NCBI GenBank assembly: GCA_963823665.1
Contig: CAWGMQ010000006.1
Coordinates: 384,001-448,000 of the forward strand
Origin: an uncultured Planctomycetota bacterium
GTDB taxonomy: Bacteria > Planctomycetota > Planctomycetia > Isosphaerales > Isosphaeraceae
DNA length: 64,000 nucleotides
Direction: 5' to 3'
Shown piece after piece: positions 1 through 17,290 of this stretch. Made by a program: the position numbers and the translations under genes. Each line of letters opens with the position of its first letter. Position 1 is the stretch's first letter. Under the pieces are notes generated by a model. It was given only the letters and a program-made list of their open reading frames with translations. It was not told the DNA's origin and did not search any database.

Positions 1-579
1 AAGCCTGGTCTTCCCCGTCAGCCCGGCCACGAAGCCGTGGGAATCCGTGAACCCCCGCAGGCTCAGCCCTTTCAGGCGAGAAAGGGTGCGGAGTTGGGCC
101 ATCCCCGCGGGCGTCAAGTCGGGGGCGGCGTGCCCATGGATCGTGAACCACTCGACGCCGTGGAGCTTCCCGACATTCTCCAGGAGTTCGTCGTCCACGT
201 TGTCGCCTTCGATATTGACGTTGACCACCGTGTCGAACACATCGGGGCCGAGGGCGTCGCGCAGCCATTTCGGCCCTCGCGGCTTGGCGTCCTCGTCGAA
301 CTTGCCGAGGGCGTCGCGCATCCATTTCGGCCCTCGCGGCTTGGCGTCCTTGTCGCCCTGGCCGGCCACGTACTGCCAGTCGTAGTAGACGCTGCCTCGC
401 GTGTTCCGGCGGAGCGTCGTGATCGCCGCGACGGCCTCGCGCTGGACGTGGGCGCGGTGAGCGACCCAGCCGAGGACGCACCCGATCCCGAGGACGACGA
501 TCATCATTGCGCCCAGGCTCAGGCGGAGCCGCTTGCGGAGCAATTCAACCGCCTTCGAGGGCTTGCCGCTCACCGTCAC
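1..579 (-). CDS. Membrane-anchored leucine-rich-repeat-like protein, planctomycete type (partial, runs off window start)
   Basis: Own translation of the minus strand from GTG 579: ...RLRLSLGAMMIVVLGIGCVLGWVAHRAHVQREAVAAI...GSVYYDWQY...PKWLRDALGPDVFDTVVNV...LTPAGMAQLRTLSRLKGLSLRG. It has an N-terminal TM helix and the start of LRR-like units. The + strand ORF 37..609 is its antisense shadow. Confidence 0.75.
   Translation of the reverse strand, partial: MTVSGKPSKAVELLRKRLRLSLGAMMIVVLGIGCVLGWVAHRAHVQREAVAAITTLRRNTRGSVYYDWQYVAGQGDKDAKPRGPKWMRDALGKFDEDAKPRGPKWLRDALGPDVFDTVVNVNIEGDNVDDELLENVGKLHGVEWFTIHGHAAPDLTPAGMAQLRTLSRLKGLSLRGFTDSHGFVAGLTGKTRL
247..360. repeat. In-frame 57 bp tandem duplication (DAKPRGPKWxRDALG x2)
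   Basis: GCCGAGGGCGTCGCGCA-CCATTTCGGCCCTCGCGGCTTGGCGTCCT starts at both 247 and 304. Confidence 0.9.
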
Positions 580-789
580 ACGGCTTTCGGATGGGGTCGG
601 CGATGGTAGGCGGCGTCCCGGACGAAACAAGATCCTCAGCCGGACTCTCAGGCCATCCTAACCCGAGCGCCAGGTTCTTTCAATGACAATTGTCACAGAA
701 CATGAGAACGGGAACAACGCCCATCATGCCGGTGGCGTGTGGGGGGGTGGCCGCCATCCTTCGTCTCTAGCCACCCGAGCCGGTACCCT

Positions 790-1046
790 TGCGCGCTTCG
801 GTCTGTTCGCCCGACGCAACCGGAGAGTAATGCCGAGTTCGGCGCGCAGATCGCCGATTGACTACGCGAAGTGCTGGAGTCGCTCGAGCGAATCGGCCAA
901 CTTGGCCGCACGCCGAGAGGTTGGCAGCATCTCTGCTGAACGAGTGAGGAGGACCGTTCCGTTCCCCTGATGAGAAGGGGAACGGAACGGTTCTTGAGCA
1001 GTGAGCCGCGCTGTCGCTGCGCATCGATTATCTTGATCGGAACGTT
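790..1046. repeat. Dispersed ~255 bp repeat, copy 1 (contains a strong hairpin)
   Basis: Near-identical to 13964..14221 (CCGACGCAACCGGAGAGTAATGCCGAGTTCGGCGCGCAGATCGCC...TCTTGATCGGAACGTT). Internal palindrome GACCGTTCCGTTCCCCT...AGGGGAACGGAACGGTT. Confidence 0.9.
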
Positions 1047-1088
1047 ATCAATTATCGTGACCGGTCTCAGCTGGCTCGGCGCTTCAGG

Positions 1089-1256
1089 CGGGACGGAAAC
1101 ACGGACGCGAAAAGTTGTTATCCAGTTCGGATGGCATAAACCTATCGCGTCCCGGTTTCACTCCCATAACACGTCCCCGTTTCCGTCCCCACGTCCCTAA
1201 TCGGGAGGGAAACTGATCACGTCCCTGTTTCCGTCCCACGTCCCTGTTTCCGTCCC
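1089..1256. repeat. REP-like cluster, (A/G)CGTCCC(T/C)GTTTCC family
   Basis: Several CACGTCCCTGTTTCCGTCCC units plus an inverted GGGACGGAAACACGGACGCGA. The same family occurs inverted at 63793..63849. Confidence 0.75.
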
Positions 1257-1391
1257 ATACTCCTTCAATGGCCAGGGCACTGCGAGAGCCCTGACCTCTC
1301 TGCGTGAATGGCGGGATGGCGATGCCCTCACCGGTCCGGCCGACCGGACTGATGATCCTGCCCGTCGCCGTGAGATTTGCAATCCTCTCGC

Positions 1392-2810
1392 CTACACCTT
1401 GAGCTGCCACGGATCTCGGCGCGGCCGGGCCAGCATCTGGTTGGCCTCCGCGTCATCGAACTGATGCGCGACTCCGTCCCACTTCAGCTTCTTGCAGGTA
1501 CGCAATGCGATTACGCCGATATGGCAGACGATCACCGAGCCGCCGCCAACCGTGGCGTTGCAGATCGGCGGCTTGCGGCTCTTGACGCAATCGACGAAGT
1601 TCTGCATGTGGTTCGTCGGCCGGCCATCATAGACCTTCGGGTCTTCCTTGAGCGGCTCGGAAAGGATCGTGGCGTCGCTGGCAAGGAGCGTGCCGCGGCC
1701 GACGAAGATTGTGCCGCTCTCTCCCTGGATCAGCAAGCCATTCGCGCTGCGGCCAACCGGCCGCCTGGGCGGCTTGCCATCCTTGTCGACCAGGTCCTTG
1801 GCATCAGTGCCGCCACCGTCCATGGCGATGACCTTGGTGCCGTTGTCGTAGGTGTACTGGACGTGGAAATGTGGATGGCCATTGTAGCCATCGCACCCCT
1901 TGTAGGGCTCATCCGCCTTCAGCACCTCGACGGCCACCGGTCCGCTGCCGTCCTTGCCCAGGGCCCATTGCGCGATGTCCAGGTGGTGCGCTCCCCAGTC
2001 GGTCATCTTGCCGCCGGAGTAGTCGTACCACCAGCGGAATTCGTAGTGGCAGTTCGACTGCTTTCCCTTCTTGCGGTACGGCACTTTTGCGGTTGGGCCG
2101 AGCCAGAGGTCCCAGTCCAGGCCCTCGGGAACGGGCGCCTCCGGGATCGGGCCGCTCGTCGGGTTGCCGCCGATGCGGCACTCAATGGTCTTGATCTTGC
2201 CGAGGCGGCCGACGCGGACCAGCTCGACCGCGAGGCGAAACATACCGCCATAAACGGTGCGCTGCTGGCTGCCGGTCTGCAGGATGCGGCCGGTCTCCTT
2301 GACCACTTTCTGAAGCGCGAGCGACTCGGCGACCGTCAGGGTCAGCGGCTTCTCGCAGTACACGTCCTTGCCGGCCCGGAGTGCCTCGATCGCCACCTGG
2401 GCATGCCAATGGTCGGGTGTGGTGACGAGCAGACAATCGAGAGACGGGTTGTGGACCAGCTCGCGGAAGTCGTTCGTTTTGGCCTCAAAGTCCCGGAACC
2501 CTCGCTCACGCATCACCTCCGTGGCGCGCTTGCGATGGGCGGCATCCACGTCGCAGCCCAGAGCGAAGGTCAACTGTCCCGATTTGACGCAGGGGCGTGA
2601 TTCTCCCGCCACCTGCAGGCTGCGGCTCTCGGGGCTGCCGATGCCGACGATCCCCATGACGAGGCGATCGCTGGCCGACGTTTTCTTGGCCGCGCCTTCC
2701 TCCTGGGCGGCCACTAGCTGCCCGACATACCAGGCCGGCAGCCCCGCCCCAGCCAGCGCTCCGTTGACCCACCGCAAGAAACCACGCCGCGATAAATTGC
2801 CCTGTTGCAT
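1392..2810 (-). CDS. Tat-exported Gfo/Idh/MocA family oxidoreductase
   Basis: SRRGFL twin-arginine signal, GIVGIG Rossmann start, [25 protein letters not shown]. Confidence 0.92.
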   Translation of the reverse strand: MQQGNLSRRGFLRWVNGALAGAGLPAWYVGQLVAAQEEGAAKKTSASDRLVMGIVGIGSPESRSLQVAGESRPCVKSGQLTFALGCDVDAAHRKRATEVMRERGFRDFEAKTNDFRELVHNPSLDCLLVTTPDHWHAQVAIEALRAGKDVYCEKPLTLTVAESLALQKVVKETGRILQTGSQQRTVYGGMFRLAVELVRVGRLGKIKTIECRIGGNPTSGPIPEAPVPEGLDWDLWLGPTAKVPYRKKGKQSNCHYEFRWWYDYSGGKMTDWGAHHLDIAQWALGKDGSGPVAVEVLKADEPYKGCDGYNGHPHFHVQYTYDNGTKVIAMDGGGTDAKDLVDKDGKPPRRPVGRSANGLLIQGESGTIFVGRGTLLASDATILSEPLKEDPKVYDGRPTNHMQNFVDCVKSRKPPICNATVGGGSVIVCHIGVIALRTCKKLKWDGVAHQFDDAEANQMLARPRRDPWQLKV

Positions 2811-2883
2811 GTTGATGCCTCCCCTTGGTTCGGCGGGCTACACCTACCCCGCTTCAATAAATCGAGGCTTCGGGAACAGCGAC

Positions 2884-9350
<6,467 letters not shown>

Positions 9351-9602
9351 CGTGCGGATTCCCTCGCGTAGCGAGCAGGCCGGTCGAGCCGAGGGTCAGC
9401 GGCTCGCCCGGCGCGCGGTCGCGGCCGGAACACCGGCCCTCTCTCAAACAGGGTCATTTTCGTTGTGCTGATGACAGAGCCGGAGCCACGCGCCGCCTCT
9501 GGGTGTCGCCGACCCGAAAACCGCGCGAGCCACGCCACGACCTCAACGCCTCGCAGCCTGGTTATATAATTAGGGAAACACGCCGGGAAGTTACAGCCGC
9601 TC

Positions 9603-12600
9603 TCAGGTTTTTTTATCGAGGTCGGATTCAGGGGCGTCGGGAGCCGTCCTCCTGGCACGCAGAGCCTCGACGCGCCCCCAGAATTCTCGGAGCGAACGGC
9701 GTTCGGGCTCGGGGACTTCCGCCAGCTCCGGCTCATCGCGAATTCCGGCAAGAGCCGGGTCAACCTGCCATCGCCCGAGCCGTTTCGAGACCGCCGCTTG
9801 CTGTTGGAAGGTCCCCGCCTTGAGGAGCGCGGCGGAGGCGGTGAGGTCGGCGCTCAACCAGTCGAGGGCTTGTTTCCGCCAGCGTGCTCGCGACTCCGAA
9901 TCTGAAGGGGAATCCGCGCGTCCGCGTTCGGTCGCGGCCAGCGCCGCGGCGCGCACGGCCTGGAACCGGTTCGCGGCGGCCAGGTCGGCGGCAAGTTCGG
10001 GCGACGCCGAGAAGGACTCGGTCCAGAGGAAAGTCGCCGCGACATACGCGCGTCGAGCGAAGGCCATCCGGGCGAACGACATGCCCTCCTCGGGGTCGGC
10101 CGGAAGTTCACCACCCTCGACGACCGCCGGAAGCCGTGCGTCCAGAGCCATCAGATCCCTGGCGCGCGAAGCTAGATCGCCAGCGCTCAGATAGGGGTCC
10201 GGCGGGGGCGGGCCCGGGTCGACGCGGGCCATGGCATTGAGCGCTTCCTGATAATCGCCCGTCTCAATGAAGGCACGTCCCAGGAAAAGGTACGCTGCGG
10301 AGAAACGGGGATCGAGGCGGACGGCCTCGCGGAATTCAGCGATCGCGTCCTCGATGCGACCGGCCGACTGCAGGGCGTGCGCGAGCGCTTTATGGGCAAC
10401 CGCGGATCGGGGGAACCGTCGCGCCGCCTCGCTTTGTTCCTGAACGGCTGCGGTGCAATCGCCACAGTCGGAATAGGCAAGGCCGATCTGGTCGCGGACC
10501 ATCCAGTCGTCCGGCTTCAGCCGCTTCGCCTCGGCGAATTCGGCTGCCGCTTCGTGCGGCTCACTCAGCGCGAGCAGTGCCGAACCCAGGGCGACATGAG
10601 CGAGGGCGTCATCGGGCCGGACTCCCATCAGTTCGCGGAAGACGTCCGCGGCCTCCGCGGGCTGGCCGCTGATAAGAAGAGCCTTCCCGAGGGCGCCCAG
10701 GGCGACTCCGCTCTTGGGCCGGATGCCGGCGGCGACGGCGAAGAACCGGACTGCCTCGTCGGGACGGCCGCAGGCCATCAGTTCCCGTCCGAGATCGGCA
10801 TTGACCCAGAAATCGTCGCGATGCGACGCTTGGGAACGCCGGAGGAGCGCGATCGCCATTTCTCTGCGGCCGAGGAACGCCAGCGAGGTGGCCAGGCGGG
10901 TGACGCTTGCGACCGGCAAGTGTTCGACGTCCGCGGTTGCGGAGAGCCGTTCGAGGTTCTCGAGCCGACGCGCGGGGCCGCCTCCCATTTGGCCCAGCGA
11001 GTCTCGTAACCGATTCCTCCAAGGATTGGGGTCGGCAGTCTTCGCCGCCGCGATTAGCCGGTTCGCGCCCTGAGGGTCGTGTAACGTTCGTCCTCGCCTC
11101 AGGAACGCCCATCGATCCAGGGCGCTTGCCAGGTCCGCGGCCGCGGAGCCTGCGGCAAGCACGCGGCCGGCCTCGTTCGGATCGAGCTTATCCAGGTCGA
11201 CGCCATAGGCGCGGAAGGCAGAGGCGTATTCGGCGTCGGCTTTTGCCTCGTCGTTGTGGACCCCGAAATCGTTGTGGATGGCGGCAAGCCGCTCGACGAC
11301 GCGGCGGTCCTTCTCGACGGCCTCGGCCGCGTCTCGCTCGCGAACGAGGTCGGCCAGGAACGCCAGCACGCGCCCTCGCTGTTCGGAGCCTGCGTCGCCA
11401 CCTCGGAGGAGCGACTCGCCCCGGCGGGCCGCTTCGATGGCTTCGACCCAGGGAACCGGGTCGGCGCCCGCAGCTCGGGCACGTTCGCGTTTCTTGGAGG
11501 CGTCGGCGAGGGCCGCGTCCACTGCCGAGCGTTGCGCCCCCTCGAGCCGCCGTCGCTCGCGGTCCATCCAACCCCATCCGGCCGCGCCGAAGAGCGCGGT
11601 CGCGAGCACCGACGCAGCCAGGGCCAGCGTCAACAGCCGGCGTCTGCGCTCGCCAGCAGCCCGGGTCTGCGCCCTTGCCTGGGCCAACTCCGCCTCGCGA
11701 AGCCGCCCCTCGACGCCGCGGAGGTAGGCCGTCAGCCCGGCCACGATTATCCCCGCATCTCTTGGCCGATGTTTCGGCGCGGCGGCGAGGCACGACCGCG
11801 CCAGGGCCACCAGCTCCGCGTCCGCGTCGCAGGCTTCGAGGCGTGCAAGCGCATCCGAAAGGTCGGCCATCTCCGCCTTGCGGTACAAGTCCGCACCGCC
11901 TTTGCCCACGAACGTCGGCTGACCGGTGAGGATTTCGCAGAGGATCGAGCCAAGGGCGAAGACATCCGCCCGTTCGTCGAGTGTGTCGAGCTCGCCCCGT
12001 GCCTGCTCGGGCGCCATGTACGACGGCGTTCCGAGCACCGAGCCCACGCGCGACTCCATCGCCGGCGATCCGCTGCGCAAGGTCCAGACGGCGGAGGCGT
12101 CGCCGCTGGCAAGGATCGCCTTCTCTTCGTCGGCCACACCACCCTGGTCGAGCACCTTGGCCAAACCCCAGTCCATGACCTGCACCTCGCCGAAACTGCC
12201 AACCATGATGTTCGACGGCTTCAGGTCCCGGTGGATCACGCCCCGGGCATGGGCGTAGGCCATTGTTTGACAGACCTGCTCGAAGACTGAGAGAAAACGC
12301 ATCCGGTCCTCATCGGGACCTCGCCGCATCGCGAGCAACGACGCGAGAGTACGGCCCCGGACCAGCTTCATCGCGATGAACAGCCGGCCATCGGGGAGGC
12401 GTCCCAACTCGTGGACGGGGATGATCCCGGGGTGCTGAAGCTGGCCACCGATCTGGGCCTCCTCCACGAAGCGGCGGACCATTTCGGGGTGATCGCGGTG
12501 CTCCTCACGGATCACTTTGATGGCGAGATCCCGGCCCAGGTCGAGGTCGCGCCCTTGGAAGATCGCGCCCATCCCACCCCGCGCCAGTTCGCCAATCAAT

Positions 12601-12965
12601 TGGTAACGCGACCGCTGGCCCGTGAGCTTGGGCGTCTCCGGTGACGTGGGCCGGATCAGGCGAGTGTCCTCCGATGATGTGTCACGGAGATGAACTCGCG
12701 GGATTGCACCGATAGCGCCGTCCTGAGTCAGAACACTCGTCGGCGGCCAGGCGGGACCGATTCTCTTGTCCGGGTCTCCATGAACTCGGTTCGCCTCAGG
12801 GTTCCCCAGCCCCGCATCGAGATCTACCGCGAGGGCGGCCCCCAGACGCAACAGACAACGCGGGCATAGGCCCGCCGGCGAATTCACAGGCACGGGGGCT
12901 GAGCAGTCAGGGCAGATTTCGACTGCGGACATCGCCGGCTCCATCGATTCAGTCCGTTCAGACAA
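9603..12965 (-). CDS. Serine/threonine protein kinase with N-terminal Zn ribbon, TM helix and TPR repeats
   Basis: CPDC..CPRC, GELARGGMG, LAIKV, HRDLKPSN, DWG, GTPSYMAPEQ, hydrophobic LLTLALAASVLATALFGAAGW, then multiple TPRs. The true start may be 12944 or 12932. Confidence 0.93.
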   Translation of the reverse strand: MSERTESMEPAMSAVEICPDCSAPVPVNSPAGLCPRCLLRLGAALAVDLDAGLGNPEANRVHGDPDKRIGPAWPPTSVLTQDGAIGAIPRVHLRDTSSEDTRLIRPTSPETPKLTGQRSRYQLIGELARGGMGAIFQGRDLDLGRDLAIKVIREEHRDHPEMVRRFVEEAQIGGQLQHPGIIPVHELGRLPDGRLFIAMKLVRGRTLASLLAMRRGPDEDRMRFLSVFEQVCQTMAYAHARGVIHRDLKPSNIMVGSFGEVQVMDWGLAKVLDQGGVADEEKAILASGDASAVWTLRSGSPAMESRVGSVLGTPSYMAPEQARGELDTLDERADVFALGSILCEILTGQPTFVGKGGADLYRKAEMADLSDALARLEACDADAELVALARSCLAAAPKHRPRDAGIIVAGLTAYLRGVEGRLREAELAQARAQTRAAGERRRRLLTLALAASVLATALFGAAGWGWMDRERRRLEGAQRSAVDAALADASKKRERARAAGADPVPWVEAIEAARRGESLLRGGDAGSEQRGRVLAFLADLVRERDAAEAVEKDRRVVERLAAIHNDFGVHNDEAKADAEYASAFRAYGVDLDKLDPNEAGRVLAAGSAAADLASALDRWAFLRRGRTLHDPQGANRLIAAAKTADPNPWRNRLRDSLGQMGGGPARRLENLERLSATADVEHLPVASVTRLATSLAFLGRREMAIALLRRSQASHRDDFWVNADLGRELMACGRPDEAVRFFAVAAGIRPKSGVALGALGKALLISGQPAEAADVFRELMGVRPDDALAHVALGSALLALSEPHEAAAEFAEAKRLKPDDWMVRDQIGLAYSDCGDCTAAVQEQSEAARRFPRSAVAHKALAHALQSAGRIEDAIAEFREAVRLDPRFSAAYLFLGRAFIETGDYQEALNAMARVDPGPPPPDPYLSAGDLASRARDLMALDARLPAVVEGGELPADPEEGMSFARMAFARRAYVAATFLWTESFSASPELAADLAAANRFQAVRAAALAATERGRADSPSDSESRARWRKQALDWLSADLTASAALLKAGTFQQQAAVSKRLGRWQVDPALAGIRDEPELAEVPEPERRSLREFWGRVEALRARRTAPDAPESDLDKKT

Positions 12966-13022
12966 GCGGCCCTGGTCTTGGTTGGGAGAAAAGCGGCGAA
13001 TGTTACAGAGCCAGACCGAGAT

Positions 13023-13763
13023 TCAGCCCTCAAGGGCGGCGAAGAGCGTTTGGATTTCGTCTTCGACCTCCGCCGCGTCGCCGACGGTTGCTGAGATCTC
13101 CGCGCGCAGCAGCAGGCCGTAGCGGCGCCGGAGGCGATGGATGGCGACGCGAACGTTCCCTTCGGTCGTGCCGAGCCGCGCGGCGATCTCCGAGTAGGTT
13201 CCCGTCGCGGGATCCCGGGTGAGCAGGGTGATCAACTCATCAAACCTGGCCGACCGGTCGGCATCGTCGTACTCGCTGCGAAGCCGTTCGACGACCCGGT
13301 CGAGGAGGGTCAAAGCCCAGGTCCTGTCGAAGATGCGCTCCGGGGTCAATTCGTGGGCAGGTTCAAGCGTGTACCGGCGTTCGGCGTCAAGGGGGTCGAT
13401 CGAGACAAAAGACCGGCCTCCGCCCCTCTTGGCCGCATTCTCCTGCTCGCGCCGGGCCGCCAGTTGCCGCACGCAAACCCTACGAAGGAACGAGCGGAAG
13501 CGTCCCCTGGCGGGGTCGGCCTTGGCGAACAGGTCGCGCTCCAGGGCATAGGCAAAGTAATCCTGAGTGAGGTCGCGCGCCTGCTCCGGCGCGTATCCGC
13601 GGTGTCTGATGTAGGCGTATATTGGATACCAGTACGCATGGCAGAGGCTCGACAGCGCCTCTCGGGCCTCCGATGCATCGCGACTGGCGACCGTGATCAC
13701 GCGACTCCAGTGCGTTGTGGGAAACCGGCCCGATACGTGATCGTCGAGTTGGAGTCGCGGCAT
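13023..13763 (-). CDS. ECF sigma-70 factor (STK-associated planctomycete type)
   Basis: FPTTHWS, YWYPIYAYIR, ARDLTQDYF, GRFRSFL, region 4 YSEIAARLGTTEGNVRVAIHRLRRR. Lies directly upstream of the kinase. Confidence 0.92.
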   Translation of the reverse strand: MPRLQLDDHVSGRFPTTHWSRVITVASRDASEAREALSSLCHAYWYPIYAYIRHRGYAPEQARDLTQDYFAYALERDLFAKADPARGRFRSFLRRVCVRQLAARREQENAAKRGGGRSFVSIDPLDAERRYTLEPAHELTPERIFDRTWALTLLDRVVERLRSEYDDADRSARFDELITLLTRDPATGTYSEIAARLGTTEGNVRVAIHRLRRRYGLLLRAEISATVGDAAEVEDEIQTLFAALEG

Positions 13764-13963
13764 TGTCTCCCTCGCCGGGGGCCGAACTGATGAGGCTGAT
13801 GCTGCGGAGGACCGACTCCATTATGGCGTCCCAGGGCGGCGGTGACGAGAGTCCCGGGTGCGCCCCCTCGCTCCATCCTGATCCGAGATGGCTGGGCTCG
13901 ATGGCATCTGGCCGCGCGACACAGGCGGCGGGCAGGTTTGAAAGATCCACCTCGGCGAGGCGC

Positions 13964-14221
13964 TGCGCGCGTCGGTCCGATTGACCGACGCAACCGGAGA
14001 GTAATGCCGAGTTCGGCGCGCAGATCGCCGATTGACTGCGCGAAGTGCTGGAATCGCTCGAGCGAATCGGCCAACTTGGCCGCACGCCGAGAGGCTGGCA
14101 ACATCTCTGCTGGGCGAGTGAGGAGGACCGGTCCGTTCCCCTTGCGAGAAGGGGATCGGAACGGTCCTTGAGCAAGTGAGCCGCGCTGCCGCTGCTCATC
14201 GATTCTCTTGATCGGAACGTT
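13964..14221. repeat. Dispersed ~255 bp repeat, copy 2
   Basis: Direct-orientation match to 790..1046. Confidence 0.9.
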
Positions 14222-14553
14222 TTTTGTGTAGTCGCCACGACCAGGGCGCAACGCGTTACCCGAGCAGCCGCGCGATTGAACCTGGCCAATTCTTGCCTTG
14301 TGCGGCACTACCTTAAGATCGACGAACTGGCGTATCCGGTGATTGTGCGATCGTCGGAATCGGCGCCGATTCGCAGGGATCCGTATTTTAATGAAAAGGA
14401 ATTATTTGCTTATACAGAAAATATATCCTATACTACGGCGTCACTGTGGGTGATTCGGGATGGTGCTTCGTGCGGCACGGGTGTTCGTGTCGGGGCACCA
14501 GGTCGATCGATAAACCACCATTGCAAAAGGATTTAGCGCGTTCATGTGCGATG

Positions 14554-14962
14554 GACTTTGGGGAAATCGTCAGGCTGAAGCCTGACCTACTACAGGCGGG
14601 ATTATTGCGTTTTCGGGCGAGAGACTTTGGGGAAATCGTCAGGCCGAGGCCTGACCTACTACAGGCGGAATTGTTGCGTTTTCGCGTGAGGGACTTTGGG
14701 GAAATCGTCATGCTGAAGCCTGACCTACTACAGGCCGGATTATTGCGTTTTCGCGTGAGGGACTTTGGGGAAACCGTCAGGCTGAAGCCTGACCTACTAC
14801 AGGCCGGATTATTGCGTTTTCGCGTGAGGGACTTTGGGGAAATCGTCAGGCTGAAGCCTGACCTACTACAGGCGGGATTATTGCGTTTTCGGGCGAGGCG
14901 CTTCAGGGAAATCGTCGGGCTGAAGCCTGACCTACCACAGGCGGAATTGTTGCGTTTTCGCG
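14554..14962. repeat. Tandem array of six 69 bp units, each with a GTAG-type REP hairpin
   Basis: Units start at 14554, 14623, 14692, 14761, 14830 and 14899. Each contains GTCAGGCTGAAGCCTGACCTAC or a close variant (minus strand GTAG-GTCAGGC-TTCA-GCCTGAC). Confidence 0.93.
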
Positions 14963-14987
14963 CCACATACAGGGTCATGGTGATGCG

Positions 14988-17137
14988 ATGAGTGAGCAGA
15001 CGGGTGCGGCGGTTGCCGGAATGAATGATCAGCGGGCTTCGACAGGCAATGCCTCGCGATTCAACGCGATCAAGCATGGGCTGACGGCGAAGACGCCGGT
15101 TTTGCCGGGAGAGGATCCGGCGGAGCTTCAGGCGAAGATCGATGTGTACAAAACGGATCATCAGACTCGAAATCAATCTGAGGGAGACCTGGCCGAGCTG
15201 GCGGCGATGGCTTACTGGCGGGCCATGCGGGCTAACCGTTTAGAAGTTTTTCGCGTGACGGGTGACATTGTGAGGCGATCGCGGGCCGAGGCGCTTCGCG
15301 AAGCAGACGCGGCGATGGCGCTCGGGGAGCGCTTGATGTTTGACCGCCGCGGACCGGAGCAGCTCTATCCGTCGCGGGACTATGAGCACAAGGAGCCGCG
15401 GACCTCGTGGTCAGAGGGGAAGCCGATGACCCGGATAAGCCGGGCAGGCTGGTCCTTCAGCTCGAGGCTACCCGCGCCGGCCGACGCTGGCTGCGGGAAC
15501 ACCTGGACGAGGTGAGGAAGCCGATCGACTCGGGAGAGGGCTGGGTGTCGTGCCAGAAATTCATGGCTCTCCGGTTGCTGGGAAAGCAGCCGCTCGATGC
15601 GCTGTTCGATCGAGAGGCCGCCTTGGTGTTCCTTGCGAGCCATGCCATCAGGCCGGCCTTCAAGTCCGCCTTTCGCGAGCTACGGTGCGAGATTCACTAT
15701 GATCGGGTGAAGTTCCATGAGGGCCAGCTTACGCGCCCGGAGTTACGCGCGATCACGCCGTCCGATGCAGGGGCAGGACGGGCTGTGCTGCTTGCGATCA
15801 TTGACAAAGCCATCGAACGCCTGTGGAGGCTCGACGCCGAGCACGCGGAAGCTGACGAGATTCTCGAGCTGGCCGAATCGAACATTGTTAGTAATGAGGA
15901 GACCAAGCCGGTCGGGCAGATTCAGCGTCATCTGGAGAGCTCCAATCGCCTGGTTATTCGGAACCTCGACACCATCAAGAGGTGGCACCGCTGGGAGGAT
16001 GAAGGGTGGGGGAAGGCCCGGCGGGAACGAGAGAAGCTGAAAGAGCAAGCACGACGCGGGCAGATGTCCGATCTGCGGTTTGTGCTCGACGAGCGTGGCA
16101 CCGTGCGCGATGCCCAGGGCTATGACGGTGACCTCGAGGCAGGCCTGGCTCGCTGGAAGGCGGAGCGCGGGCGGCAGCCTTGTGAGGATCCGTATGATCG
16201 TGCGCCTGGTGCGGGCGGCGGGCGCTATACATGTGGCATCGTGGGTGATGTGGGGGCGAAGGTTGAAAACCCGCATAGCCCGTGCCACCCAAGCTGCACG
16301 GGCAGCGCCGGTGCCACCCAATCGGCAACTTCGGCGGACGGCACGCGGAGTGTGCCTGCTACGCCCGAACATTGGCAGAGCGCGTGCCACACGGAGCAGA
16401 GTCGGGGCCACACCGAGGCGGAGATCGGGGACGCGGCCGCGGATTCCGGACAAGTTGGGCCGAGCGCTTTCGTTCCCTTAAGCCTTACAGGACAAGAGCC
16501 CGCGTCGAATATACAAAACGAAATCGACGGGTCGGGGATGAATGAGGACGGCGTGGAGGAGAAGGCGGGTGATCGCCCGGTTGGCGGGGACGGTTTGGGT
16601 GTGCGTGAGCTGGGGCGAATTGGGGAGGACGGCGGTGAGACCTTCGGTCGTGGGGGCGGCGGCGACGCTTCGGGTGCCGGAGACCCGGGCCGAACTGATC
16701 GTGGGGACGGCGGCGACCGTTCGGGTGCCGGAGACCCGGGCCGAACTCGCGTGGGTGAAGAGGAAACCTACGGTCGGGCGGACGGCGGGGTCGGAGACCC
16801 GCGCCGAACCGATGAAGAGGAGACCTACGGTCGGGCGGACGGCGGCGACCCTTCGAGTGCCCAAGACCCGCGCCGACCTTGGGAAGGCGTCGTGGCCGGG
16901 GCGGGAATCCGGGATGGAGCCGCAAATTTGGGTCAAGCTGGGGTGAGCGATTTCGTTCCCTTAACCCTTACGGGACAGGAGCCCGCGACGAATATACAAA
17001 ACGGAATCAATGGCGACGGGTCGGGGATGAATGACGTTGGGGTCGAGGAGGGGGCGGGTGACCGCGTGGTTGGCGGGGATGGTTTGGTTGCGAGTGAGGC
17101 GGGGCGGACTGTGGCGGCGCGCGATGGCGGGGGCTAG
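14988..17137 (+). CDS. Hypothetical protein of the 'SRxNAxKHGL' family with a REP-derived low-complexity tail; frameshift near 15420, possible continuation to 17532
   Basis: ORF 14988..15515 (ASRFNAIKHGLTAKTPVLPGED...WRAMRA) continues into ORF 15407..17137. The C-terminal part is built from repeated palindromic units. Confidence 0.65.
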
Positions 17138-17290
17138 AAGAGACCTGCGGTCGCGCGGACGGCGGCGACCCTTCGGGTGCCCGGGATCCGCGCGGAACTG
17201 TGGCGCAGGGGAACGGCGGAGGGCAAGAGGAGACCTGCGGTCGAACGGACGGCGGCGACCCTTCGGGTGCCGGGGACCCGCGCCGAACCT
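16451..17290. repeat. Internal duplication and REP cluster (GAGACCTxCGGTCG...GGAGACCCGCGCCGAAC)
   Basis: A ~150 bp segment starting at 16451 is repeated at 16934. About six GGxGACCCGxGCCGAAC-type units lie between 16637 and 17290. Confidence 0.85.

Noticed and set aside
811..940. Kinase N-terminus-like peptide inside the 255 bp repeat (EFGAQIAD*LREVLESLERIGQLG)
   Set aside because: Both copies share an in-frame stop and the similarity is too short to call.
14554..14962. CRISPR array
   Set aside because: The inter-hairpin segments are near-identical rather than unique spacers, the hairpin is a GTAG-type REP also found at 61.5 kb, and no cas genes are present.
14433..15176. Repeat-encoded ORFs (14433..15176 minus, 14446..14991 plus) as real genes
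   Set aside because: They are open only because the 69 bp unit is stop-free, and the peptides are typical REP translations (VRLKPDL).
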